A stretch of DNA of 35,620 bases. Origin: an uncultured Ruminococcus sp. GTDB taxonomy: Bacteria > Bacillota > Clostridia > Oscillospirales > CAG-272. A program made the translations under genes and the position numbers. Under the pieces are notes generated by a model. It ran no database searches. It was not told the origin of the DNA and saw only the letters and a list, made by a program, of their open reading frames with translations. Below, piece after piece: positions 1 through 8,424 of this stretch (the stretch's first letter is position 1; each line of letters starts with the position of its first letter). Location: assembly GCA_902796675.1 (NCBI GenBank), contig CADBQA010000073.1, forward strand, positions 1 through 35,620. The letters are read 5' to 3'.

Positions 1-78
1 CGCCGGTAGATTTGGTGATCTCGCCGCGGTAGGCGTAGTGACCTACGTCAAGCGGCGAGAGCGCCGAAAAGCAATGAC

Positions 79-127
79 GGCGGGGGACTTGGGTTAATCC
101 CAATTCCCCCGCCTCTTTGATTTTCGG
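79..127 (+). terminator. Rho-independent terminator-like hairpin
   Basis: Seen: GGCGGGGGA (79-87) pairs with TCCCCCGCC (105-113). Inner TTGGG (89-93) pairs with CCCAA (99-103). The hairpin is followed by TCTTTGATTTT. Confidence 0.55.
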
Positions 128-219
128 TGATGCTTTATCTTCTTATGATGTTATGCTTACCTCACCTTTTTTGCCAGTCATTGCTGCTCTACCAAGTTTG
201 TCTTCGCTCTGAGACAGCG

Positions 220-1635
220 TCAGCTGTCTTTTTTCGTATTTGATTCCGCATACGCGCAGAACGCGCGGCAGAGGTCGGGGTGTCTGAAAATAAGCGACAT
301 CTTCGGCTGTGCGAGCCTCGTGAGCGAGACCGCGCTCTCGGAATAGCAGACCTCGACGTCGGGGAAGCGCTCGCCGCGAAGGACGTCGAACTCCGTCCTT
401 CTGAAGATCCTTGCAAACTCTTCCGCGGTGAGGGCGGGCGCGCTCTCGGCGAGCGGCTCGCATTTTTCAAGGAGCGAGTTGAACGACGCCCCGAGAGAAG
501 AAAGGAGCGCATCATCCTCGTCGTAACGGTAGACGCCGTCCTCCGCCTCGCGTCCGGGGGAGCAAAAACCGGAGATACACGCGCCGTGAGGCGCCAGAAA
601 CAGGGTCGACGAAAATCTGCCGGACGGCGGCGTTTTGCAGTAGTAGGACTTTATCGCGCCTGAGGGATAGAGCGGAAGCCAGCTCTTGATCGCGCTCGCC
701 ATCTCCTCCATTCCGCGGTCGACGTTGTGGATGATCGTTATCTTCGTCCCGCCGCGCACGGCGTGCGCCATCAGCGACGCCCACCTCGCTCTGAACGAGG
801 GGTCGGCGACCATCCACTCCATATTCTGATCGGAGTAAAGAAGCATCGACGGGGCGCGCTTGTCGATGACTAAGGAGAGAAAACGTATGACGGCGGCTCT
901 GAGCCCTTCGGCGCCGACGTAAACGTTCCGACCGTCAGCGCCCGATGCGCGGACCGCGTCGAGCGGAAGGATCGGGTTCTTAAGGGCGCCGGGAAAATCG
1001 TTCACGCTGACGATTAGTTCTTCGACGAGAGGCGCGCCGGACTCGGGCGTCACGTCGTAGAGCCAGCGGTAGAGGGAGGAGCGCGCGTCGTCTCTGTTCT
1101 TTGCTCCGATGATGCGGAAGAGCTCTTCCTCGCGCCCGTTTTCAAACGTTTTCACGAGAAGTACGGCGCAGAGCTCGTCCATCACCTTCGGATTTGAGCG
1201 CGGCGAACGCTTGCCGCTTCTGAATCTACTGACGTAGGAGGGGTCAATATTCAGCGCCCTTCCGAGGCGTATGTTTGATATGCCGGAGAGCGTCATCACG
1301 GCGTCGAGACGACTGCCGAACGAGTCGACCTCAGGCGCTGGACCCTGCTCCGTCTCTTCGCCGTCAAACAGGTATTCTTCGATTCGGCGCTGCAGATCTT
1401 CCGGCGGGTATTCTTCACCTACTGCGCGGCAAAGTTCGATCTCAAGGTCGTTCGTCGAGGCGTAAGATGCTATTCCCTCACAGATTCGCCGCGCTCCTCG
1501 ACCGCCCCGCTTCGGCGCTCTTTCGCCCGAGCGGAGTTTTACGATATACGATCTGTCGCACCCTATCGCCTTTGCCACAGCCGACGGCGTGGCGGAGAGC
1601 GCGTCCATAATATACGAAAACCTTTTTGCAAACAT
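220..1635 (-). CDS. Dual helix-turn-helix (XRE-like) transcriptional regulator with an uncharacterised C-terminal domain
   Basis: 471-aa ORF. ATG at 1635 with a GAGGG SD 6 nt upstream. Two HTH-like segments: TPSAVAKAIGCDRSYIVKLRSGER and SNIRLGRALNIDPSYVSRFRSGKR. The C-terminal ~270 aa has no motif I recognise. Confidence 0.8.
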   Translation of the reverse strand: MFAKRFSYIMDALSATPSAVAKAIGCDRSYIVKLRSGERAPKRGGRGARRICEGIASYASTNDLEIELCRAVGEEYPPEDLQRRIEEYLFDGEETEQGPAPEVDSFGSRLDAVMTLSGISNIRLGRALNIDPSYVSRFRSGKRSPRSNPKVMDELCAVLLVKTFENGREEELFRIIGAKNRDDARSSLYRWLYDVTPESGAPLVEELIVSVNDFPGALKNPILPLDAVRASGADGRNVYVGAEGLRAAVIRFLSLVIDKRAPSMLLYSDQNMEWMVADPSFRARWASLMAHAVRGGTKITIIHNVDRGMEEMASAIKSWLPLYPSGAIKSYYCKTPPSGRFSSTLFLAPHGACISGFCSPGREAEDGVYRYDEDDALLSSLGASFNSLLEKCEPLAESAPALTAEEFARIFRRTEFDVLRGERFPDVEVCYSESAVSLTRLAQPKMSLIFRHPDLCRAFCAYAESNTKKDS

Positions 1636-1695
1636 AACAGACCCTCAACAACAGTTTTTTCTATTCTAACATAATAGACGCCGCGGCGCAATACG

Positions 1696-1786
1696 TTGAC
1701 TAAAATTTGTCATTGACAATATGACGTCACATATTGAAGGCGGCGTTTCTTTATTGTATATTTATATTGAAGAAATATATTGAAGG
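1696..1786. promoter_or_regulatory. Divergent control region with palindromes and a triple direct repeat
   Basis: Seen: TTGACT at 1696-1701. Palindrome TGTCA-T-TGACA at 1708-1718. Perfect palindrome TGACGTCA at 1722-1729. ATATTGAAG occurs three times, starting at 1731, 1764 and 1777. Confidence 0.35.
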
Positions 1787-1799
1787 GGTAATAAAAGGT

Positions 1800-2207
1800 A
1801 TGAAAAAAGTCATTGTTTTGATACTCGCGGCGTTCCTTGTGTTCTTCGCCGCGTCGTGCGGCGCGGAGTTGCCGCCCGACGACGGCACGCCCGCCCCGGC
1901 TCCGCTCGACGGCGTATATTCCGGCGACGGCGGGACGATGACGTTCAACGGCGACGGCAGGAGCGTGGTGTGCGACCTGACGGAGGATCTCGCCGCGAAG
2001 ACGGGTCTTCCCGCGGGACATACCGAGGGGACGTACGTCTTTCTCTTCGCGCACGGAGAATGGCGCCGCGACAAGGCGGAAACGTTCCGTCTCACCGTGA
2101 ACGGCGAGAGCTTCGAGGTGCCGAACGAGCCCGGTTATTCGGGCGACTCTTTCGCCATCACGGCGGACCGTGAGCCTGTCGTGTTTTACAAGAACGGAGG
2201 CAAATGA
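1800..2207 (+). CDS. Small lipoprotein (hypothetical)
   Basis: Internal ATG at 1800 of the 1734..2207 ORF gives MKKVIVLILAAFLVFFAASCG, a signal peptide plus a lipobox Cys. The upstream 22 codons lie in the AT-rich promoter region. The stop overlaps the next start (ATGATG). Confidence 0.8.
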   Translation: MKKVIVLILAAFLVFFAASCGAELPPDDGTPAPAPLDGVYSGDGGTMTFNGDGRSVVCDLTEDLAAKTGLPAGHTEGTYVFLFAHGEWRRDKAETFRLTVNGESFEVPNEPGYSGDSFAITADREPVVFYKNGGK

Positions 2208-2938
2208 TGTTTTGTCCAAACTGCGGCAAAGAGATTACCGAAGGCGCGAAATTCTGCACGGGCTGCGGAGCGGCGATCAACGGTCAACCTTCTGCATCTT
2301 ACACCGCACAGTCATATAGTCAAGCGCCGCATTACGCCGGAGGCGGCGAGGTGCGGCAGGGAATCCCCGCGCCGGGCTTCTCCGACCGGGTGGATCATCC
2401 GGAGATCGTCGCGGCGGTAAAGAAAAACCGCAAAGCGGCGGGTATCTTCGCCTTCTTTCTCGTTCCGCTGCCGGTGATAGGAGCCGTTATTTTCGCTTTG
2501 GTCAGCGGAAAAACGGTTATCGGTCAGGCGGCGACGTACGGCGGGATCGTATCGGCGGTGTTCCTTGTCTTTGCGCTGTATAGTTTTATCAAGGAGCGTG
2601 CGAAAAACACTTATGAGGCGACCGTGATCGACAAGAAATCGGGCCTTACCTACCGCCACAAGAATACCGACGATCCGGAAATGGTGACGGAGTACGTAAC
2701 CGTTGTGCGCACAAGCGACGGCAAGAAAAAAAGAATCGTCGAGCAGGAAGGGTCTCAGATTTTGGCGTGGGAGTATCTGCAAGTGGGCGACCGCTTCAAG
2801 TATCACCCGCAGTTCCATTTTCCCTACGAATTGTACGACAAATCACGCGCGCCGTATATCGCCTGCGTGAACTGCGGAACGAGAAACCCCGTGGAAGCCG
2901 ACCGGTGCGGAAAATGCGGTCTGCCCCTGCTTAAGTGA
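2204..2938 (+). CDS. Zinc-ribbon membrane protein (hypothetical)
   Basis: N-terminal CPNCG-x11-CTGCG zinc ribbon and C-terminal CVNCG-x10-CGKCG ribbon. Two hydrophobic helices (IFAFFLVPLPVIGAVIFALV and GGIVSAVFLVFALYSFI). GGAGG SD upstream. Confidence 0.85.
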   Translation: MMFCPNCGKEITEGAKFCTGCGAAINGQPSASYTAQSYSQAPHYAGGGEVRQGIPAPGFSDRVDHPEIVAAVKKNRKAAGIFAFFLVPLPVIGAVIFALVSGKTVIGQAATYGGIVSAVFLVFALYSFIKERAKNTYEATVIDKKSGLTYRHKNTDDPEMVTEYVTVVRTSDGKKKRIVEQEGSQILAWEYLQVGDRFKYHPQFHFPYELYDKSRAPYIACVNCGTRNPVEADRCGKCGLPLLK

Positions 2939-2950
2939 GAGGAGAAGAGT

Positions 2951-3589
2951 ATGAACGGAAATGAAACGCAAAACGACCGCGTGACGCTTTGCCCGGACGG
3001 TAAATACCGCTGGACGTATGAGATGAGTCTTTTCAAAAACCCGACGGTCTTTCTTCTCATTACCAAGATATTTTTCTTTATATTCGTCGGGATCTTCGCT
3101 TTCATAACGGTCCTCGACCTTATAGGCGGTGATTTCGAATGGGGAATATTTTTGTCGACGGCAAAGATCTTCGGCATAGTCATCCTCGGCGCGCTCGTCG
3201 TCATCACGCTCGGCTATCTCGTTTACGCCGCGGTAATGGGCGGAAAGTATATAGTCGAGTTTGAGATGGACGAGAGGGGCGTGAATCACCGCCAGACGGA
3301 GTCTCAGGCGGTAAAGGCGCGAAAGATAGGCCGCGCCGCCGCCATCGGCGGTCTTGCATCGGGCAGGTTCTCCGTGGCGGGCGCGGGTATCGCGGCGCAA
3401 AGGACCGAGATGTACTCCGAATTCTCGAAGGTTAAGAAGGTAAAGGCGTACCCCCGGCGCTGTCTCATAAAAGTCAACGAAACGCTTGGTCACAATCAGG
3501 TGTACGTCCGTAAAGAGGATTTTGACTTCGTGTTCAACTATATAACAGACCGTTGCCAAAACCTGAAGAAGAGTGCCGAAAGGAGATAG
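2951..3589 (+). CDS. Membrane protein (hypothetical)
   Basis: 212-aa ORF 13 nt after the previous stop. Two to three hydrophobic helices (VFLLITKIFFFIFVGIFAFITVL and IFGIVILGALVVITLGYLVYAAV). No family recognised. Confidence 0.8.
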   Translation: MNGNETQNDRVTLCPDGKYRWTYEMSLFKNPTVFLLITKIFFFIFVGIFAFITVLDLIGGDFEWGIFLSTAKIFGIVILGALVVITLGYLVYAAVMGGKYIVEFEMDERGVNHRQTESQAVKARKIGRAAAIGGLASGRFSVAGAGIAAQRTEMYSEFSKVKKVKAYPRRCLIKVNETLGHNQVYVRKEDFDFVFNYITDRCQNLKKSAERR

Positions 3590-3593
3590 AAAA

Positions 3594-6470
3594 ATGGCTT
3601 TTTGTCCCAACTGCGGTTCAAAGACGGAAGACGGCGCCGTGTTCTGCGGCGTATGCGGCAAGCCGGTCACTCAAAGGACAAATCAGAACGAAGTGATCGA
3701 CAATCTTAAAAAATATCAGACGGCGCCTCGCCGGAACGAAGCGGTCGAGAACCTCAAAAGGTATCAGACGGCGCCCGCGGCGACGCCCGAGGCGCCGCGT
3801 CAGGCGATGCGCCGGCAGTACGCATCTCCCGCCAAGAAAAAGGGCAAAGGGTGGATCGCCGTCGTATCGCTCGTGCTCGCCGCGGCGATCGTCATCGGTA
3901 TATTAGGTTTTCGTGATGGAGGCTGGTTCCGCGGTAAAGACGGAGAAAATACGGCGGTAGTCGGAAACGTTATAAAGACGGAGACGGGAAAGGTCAGCAA
4001 GGATTCCCCCGCCGTCACGCTCTGCGGAGTCACCGTCGACGTCGACGCGCTCATGCTCGGGTCCGGCGAACGCGACGTTTCGGTTTCGGTTTACGAGGGC
4101 GGAGAGGATACGGACGGCTCGCGCTGCGACATCTACGAGCTTGAAATGGGCGACCATGAGGATTTCCGCGTTCCGGTCGAAGTCACGTTCCCGTGTGACG
4201 TCGAATCCGGCGCCGACGTCGTCGTGGAGCACTACGAGGACGGCGCATGGAAACCGCTCATCTCGTTCGTCGATGAGAGCGAGGAGACCGTCAGCGCCTA
4301 TTTCGGCAGTTTTTCTCCCGTAAGGGTCAGCTATCGCAAGGTCGGCGACAATCCGTCTCTTTACTATACGACGACCGATGAAGATAACCCGTATATGGTA
4401 AAGATGGGCGTCAAGTCAAACTATTGGGAAATACTGAAAAGGACCGATCCTTCCGAATATACGGACGAGGTGAAATCGTTTATGGGAGATCCCGAGAATT
4501 TCGCCGTGGAATTTCCGACGCTCGACCCGAAAATGGACGCCAAGGCTGCGTACGAGGCTTTCGTCGGCGTCAACACGATGTGGCCCTTCTGCGACGCTAT
4601 GATAAATCTCGGTATAGAGACCCTTCCTTACTCCTCACAGAGCAAGGTCGTCAGCTTTATGATAGACCACTCGGGCGAGCTCGGCAGCGCCATGAACGCG
4701 ATACCGTTCGTCGCAATGGCGACGCAGGTCGGCTTTGACCTCTATACGGGCGGCAAGGACGCATCGGATAACGCCGCGATAAATCTTTACAAAAATATGC
4801 TCGGAAGCTCGGGTACAATCTACTCCCTCGCGACCGGTTACAGTCATATCGGCTTCACGCTCGCCTTCGTCGGCGTCGCTCTGTTCGGTATGGAGCTGGA
4901 CTATTTCATAGACGCGGCGAAGGAGGCCAAAGCCGAAAACGTCGCCGCCGTTTTCAACGCCTATTATTCGGAGATCAAACCGTTTGACGCCGATCATTGG
5001 TACGACGTTTTCGTCGACGCGTACTGGCGCTCGAACGGCGACGCCGACGCCGCCATGAGGGAGATCAAAAAGGCGGTCGACGACTATTGCGGTAAATTCT
5101 GGACGGAGGTCTACAAAGAGGGCAACGACGACATCATCTTCGCGACGGACGCCGCCGGATACAAAAATGTCTTCTTCAACGCGACTGACGAGCAAAAGCT
5201 CGCGCTCACCGAACAGCAGAAGAGAAAGGTATGGGACCTCATCGAGTCGCAGTCGATGCCGCACATCAAGCGCTTTCTGTTCGCAAGGCTCCAGGAGAAC
5301 ACGCTGAAGGAACTTGCAAAGGCAACCGATCTGTACAACACGGAGCTCTATTTTACGATACAGGAGTCCGTAGATCAGCAGACGACGGAGGTCACGAAAT
5401 ACAAGGGCTGCACCATCTGCCTCGGAAATGCCGGCGTACCGATACCGGAGCTTTACTGGAACGTAGCGGACGACGACAGTCTCGACGACGGCTGGGAGAT
5501 CGAATATGAATGCACCCGCCTCGGCTACCTCAAGATGGGTATGGCGGATCAAGTGCTCGTCTACGAGGACGAGGAGGCGTATAACAACGGCGACAAACCG
5601 CTGGTCACCAAATCGTTTAAGCTCGTCACCGACGGAGACCGCCGCACCGTAATCGAGCTCGGAAGCGGGAATACGCCCGCCACCGGCGCGCCGGAATGGC
5701 TCGAGGGCGCATGGAGCCACACGGCGGGCATCGACGACGAGCAGTACTCGGAGTTCTCGCGGGAGAGCGTAAGGATCACGGTCATCGACGAGGACACTCT
5801 TCTTTACGAGGAATACTATTATCCGAATCCCGGAAAACCCGAATGGAATCACGGCGTGGATTACGCCTTTGAAAGACAGTATTATTACGACGCAAAAACC
5901 GACTGTGTGTTTATACTCAAGACCGAAACCGGCGAATTTGAGGGCGACGTCTTCCCCGGCGTTCACGACAAAGGCTACCTCTCGCCGATAAGGATCGAGC
6001 GTCATCCGGATAAGGATTCGATACACGGGTGTCCCGCCGCGAGGTTCGTTCAGGACCCGAAGGAGATCACCGGCGACGAAAAGACCGAATGGTGGAGCAA
6101 CCTGCGCTTTAACCGCGACTTAAAGGAGTATGACTGGACGTTCAACGGAACGTCTCTCCCCGAGCCCGAAACGAAGGGAAGTGTGACCGAATGGACGGTG
6201 AAGGACGATTCCGTCACGATCCGCCTCGACGGGCTGACGTACGATGAATTCAAGGCGTACTGCGGCAAGCTTCAGGCGATGTCCGGCTGGAAGAGCGAGA
6301 ACGACGAGGATACGGCTCATTTTCCCGCCGATTACAACGACAGAGACAAGGTTTACTTCACCGGGAGCTACAAAAACCTTCCGCACATATCGGCTCAGTA
6401 TTACAGCGACTCGACTGTGAAAGGAAGCGGTCTGCCTCATTTCGTGATATTCGTCTTTACCGAGTGGTAA
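3594..6470 (+). CDS. Large single-pass membrane protein with an N-terminal zinc ribbon (hypothetical)
   Basis: ATG at 3594 (MAFCPNCGSK...CGVCG) is 7 nt after an AAAGGAGA SD, which I prefer to the track start at 3573. TM segment WIAVVSLVLAAAIVIGILGF, then about 850 aa of acidic extracytoplasmic sequence. Confidence 0.85.
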   Translation: MAFCPNCGSKTEDGAVFCGVCGKPVTQRTNQNEVIDNLKKYQTAPRRNEAVENLKRYQTAPAATPEAPRQAMRRQYASPAKKKGKGWIAVVSLVLAAAIVIGILGFRDGGWFRGKDGENTAVVGNVIKTETGKVSKDSPAVTLCGVTVDVDALMLGSGERDVSVSVYEGGEDTDGSRCDIYELEMGDHEDFRVPVEVTFPCDVESGADVVVEHYEDGAWKPLISFVDESEETVSAYFGSFSPVRVSYRKVGDNPSLYYTTTDEDNPYMVKMGVKSNYWEILKRTDPSEYTDEVKSFMGDPENFAVEFPTLDPKMDAKAAYEAFVGVNTMWPFCDAMINLGIETLPYSSQSKVVSFMIDHSGELGSAMNAIPFVAMATQVGFDLYTGGKDASDNAAINLYKNMLGSSGTIYSLATGYSHIGFTLAFVGVALFGMELDYFIDAAKEAKAENVAAVFNAYYSEIKPFDADHWYDVFVDAYWRSNGDADAAMREIKKAVDDYCGKFWTEVYKEGNDDIIFATDAAGYKNVFFNATDEQKLALTEQQKRKVWDLIESQSMPHIKRFLFARLQENTLKELAKATDLYNTELYFTIQESVDQQTTEVTKYKGCTICLGNAGVPIPELYWNVADDDSLDDGWEIEYECTRLGYLKMGMADQVLVYEDEEAYNNGDKPLVTKSFKLVTDGDRRTVIELGSGNTPATGAPEWLEGAWSHTAGIDDEQYSEFSRESVRITVIDEDTLLYEEYYYPNPGKPEWNHGVDYAFERQYYYDAKTDCVFILKTETGEFEGDVFPGVHDKGYLSPIRIERHPDKDSIHGCPAARFVQDPKEITGDEKTEWWSNLRFNRDLKEYDWTFNGTSLPEPETKGSVTEWTVKDDSVTIRLDGLTYDEFKAYCGKLQAMSGWKSENDEDTAHFPADYNDRDKVYFTGSYKNLPHISAQYYSDSTVKGSGLPHFVIFVFTEW

Positions 6471-6559
6471 TTACCGGACGGCAAATAAACGTAAATATCA
6501 AATAATATGAATAAAATACCTTCCGTGTAATATTCTATTACTACACGGGAGGTGTTTTT

Positions 6560-7027
6560 ATGAAAAAAATAAATTGGGGAACCCTTGTTTCTTCGCTCGT
6601 GATACCGCTCGCCGTCGGAGGCGCCGCGGCGCTCATAACGGACGCCGGCGCGGGCTTTTACGACGAGGTGACTCAGCCGCCGCTCTCGCCGCCGTCGTGG
6701 GTGTTTTCGGTGGTATGGACGATACTTTATATCCTGATGGGCGTATCGCTGTACCTTGTGCGCACGTCGGGCGGCGGAAATAAAAGAAGAGCGTACGTCC
6801 TTTTCGGGGCGCAGCTCGCGGTAAACCTTATTTGGAGCATAGTCTTCTTCAACGCGAGGGCGTTTCTCGCAGCGTCCGTTATTATAGTTCTTCTGTGGGC
6901 GCTGATCCTCGCCATGGTCGTTGTTTTCCGCTCCGTGCGTCCGGCGGCGGGGTATCTGCAGTTTCCTTATTTCTTCTGGGTGACGTTTGCCGCGTATCTC
7001 ACCTGGTCGATTTATTATTTGAATTAA
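6560..7027 (+). CDS. tspO: TspO/MBR family tryptophan-rich sensory protein
   Basis: 155 aa with five hydrophobic helices and Trp-rich motifs (PPSWVFSVVWTILYILMG, NLIWSIVFF, FFWVTFAAYLTWSIY). GGGAGG SD upstream. Confidence 0.85.
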   Translation: MKKINWGTLVSSLVIPLAVGGAAALITDAGAGFYDEVTQPPLSPPSWVFSVVWTILYILMGVSLYLVRTSGGGNKRRAYVLFGAQLAVNLIWSIVFFNARAFLAASVIIVLLWALILAMVVVFRSVRPAAGYLQFPYFFWVTFAAYLTWSIYYLN

Positions 7028-7063
7028 TTTTCATTTTTCGATATTTTTTTCGATGCAAAAATG

Positions 7064-7092
7064 TTGACTTGACGCCCAAACAGTTATATAAT
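7064..7092 (+). promoter_or_regulatory. SigA-type promoter
   Basis: TTGACT (7064-7069), 17-nt spacer, TATAAT (7087-7092). Lies about 40 nt upstream of the 7131 start. Confidence 0.6.
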
Positions 7093-7130
7093 ATACAGGT
7101 AAAAAATACAGCAAAGGGTGGTATTTCAAC

Positions 7131-8321
7131 ATGAGATGTACCGGTACAGTATCCCGCGGCGTCCGCGCTCCCATCATCAGACAGGGAGACGACATCGCAA
7201 AGATCGTCGCCGAGAGCGTTCTCGAAGCGTCGAAGAATGAGAATATCGAAGTCCGCGACCGTGACGTCATAGCGGTCACGGAGGCCGTCGTAGCCCGCGC
7301 TCAGGGCAACTACGCGACGGTCGACGACATCGCGTGCGACATTAAGAGAAAATATCCCGACGGCACGGTAGGCGTTCTTTTCCCGATCCTCAGCCGCAAC
7401 CGCTTTGCGATCTGCTTACGCGGTATTGCGAAGGGAGCGAAAAAGATAGTCCTTATGCTCTCCTATCCGTCCGACGAGGTCGGCAACCACCTGATCGACC
7501 TTGACAGCCTCGACGACGCGGGCATCGACCCGTGGCGCGACGTGCTGACTGAGGCGAAGTTCCGCGAACTCTTCGGCATCGTGAAGCATCCCTTCACCGG
7601 CGTCGACTATATAGAATATTACAGATCCCTCATCGAAGAGGCGGGCGCCGAGGCTGAAATAATCCTGGCGAACGACCCGAGGGCGATCTTGGCGTATACG
7701 AAGAACGTTCTCGTCTGCGATATCCATACGAGAGCGAGATCGAAGAAGCTTCTGAAGGCAGCAGGCGCCGACACGGTGTACGGTCTTGACGATATCCTTT
7801 CCGAGAGCGTAAACGGCTCCGGCTACAACGCCGAATACGGTCTTTACGGCACGAACAAGGCGACAGAGGATACGGTAAAGCTCTTCCCGCGCGACTGCAA
7901 GCCGGTCGTCGAGAAAATTCAGTCCCTCATCGCGGAAGCGACGGGACGTCACGTCGAGGTCATGGTTTACGGCGACGGCGCGTTCAAGGACCCGGTCGGA
8001 AAGATCTGGGAGCTCGCGGACCCGGTAGTATCCCCCGCGTACACGGACGGACTTATCGGTCAGCCCAACGAGCTCAAGCTGAAATACCTCGCGGACAATG
8101 ATTTCGCAGACCTCTCGGGCGACGCGCTCAAAGAGGCTATCAAGGGCAGGATCAAGACGAAGGACGCGAACCTCGTCGGCAAGATGGCGTCCGAGGGAAC
8201 GACCCCGCGCCGCCTCACCGACCTTATCGGCTCGCTTTGCGACCTGACGAGCGGCTCCGGCGACAAGGGGACTCCGATAGTCTGGATCCAGGGCTATTTT
8301 GACAATCTTACGGCTGAATAA
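7131..8321 (+). CDS. CofE-like (F420-0:gamma-glutamyl ligase family) protein, long form
   Basis: The N-terminus GVRAPIIRQGDDIAKIVAESV...RDRDVIAVTEAVVARAQGN resembles the CofE/F420-ligase fold family. At 396 aa it is longer than canonical CofE. GGTGG SD 9 nt upstream. Confidence 0.7.
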   Translation: MRCTGTVSRGVRAPIIRQGDDIAKIVAESVLEASKNENIEVRDRDVIAVTEAVVARAQGNYATVDDIACDIKRKYPDGTVGVLFPILSRNRFAICLRGIAKGAKKIVLMLSYPSDEVGNHLIDLDSLDDAGIDPWRDVLTEAKFRELFGIVKHPFTGVDYIEYYRSLIEEAGAEAEIILANDPRAILAYTKNVLVCDIHTRARSKKLLKAAGADTVYGLDDILSESVNGSGYNAEYGLYGTNKATEDTVKLFPRDCKPVVEKIQSLIAEATGRHVEVMVYGDGAFKDPVGKIWELADPVVSPAYTDGLIGQPNELKLKYLADNDFADLSGDALKEAIKGRIKTKDANLVGKMASEGTTPRRLTDLIGSLCDLTSGSGDKGTPIVWIQGYFDNLTAE

Positions 8322-8327
8322 TAGATA

Positions 8328-8358
8328 AACCTCCGGGACGATGCCCCGGAGGTTTTTT
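8328..8358 (+). terminator. Rho-independent terminator
   Basis: AACCTCCGGG / CCCGGAGGTT stem followed by TTTTTT, immediately after the stop at 8321. Confidence 0.8.
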
Positions 8359-8368
8359 GCTCATATTC

Positions 8369-8397
8369 TTGAATTGTTAATGTTTACGTAGTAATAT
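8369..8397 (+). promoter_or_regulatory. Candidate SigA-type promoter
   Basis: TTGAAT (8369-8374), 17-nt spacer, TAATAT (8392-8397). Confidence 0.45.
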
Positions 8398-8424
8398 ATC
8401 ATTGACCCGCTTGTAAAGGAGAGT

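Noticed and set aside
1-97. Open plus-strand frame at the window edge (…AGRFGDLAAVGVVTYVKRRERRKAMTAGDLG, stop inside the hairpin loop)
   Set aside because: It is too short and featureless to call. The stop sits inside the terminator loop. It may be the true 3' end of an upstream gene, but this cannot be supported from 97 nt.
1734-1799. Upstream start (1734) for the lipoprotein ORF, and 3573 for the large zinc-ribbon protein
   Set aside because: The extra N-terminal codons lie in AT-rich promoter DNA or overlap the previous gene. The internal ATGs (1800 and 3594) have SD sequences and give canonical signal-peptide and zinc-ribbon N-termini.
4635-6026. 463-aa minus-strand ORF inside the large zinc-ribbon protein gene
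   Set aside because: Antisense artefact of high GC. It has Arg/Val-rich low-information sequence and no start context. The sense ORF is continuous, with an SD and a coherent domain layout.
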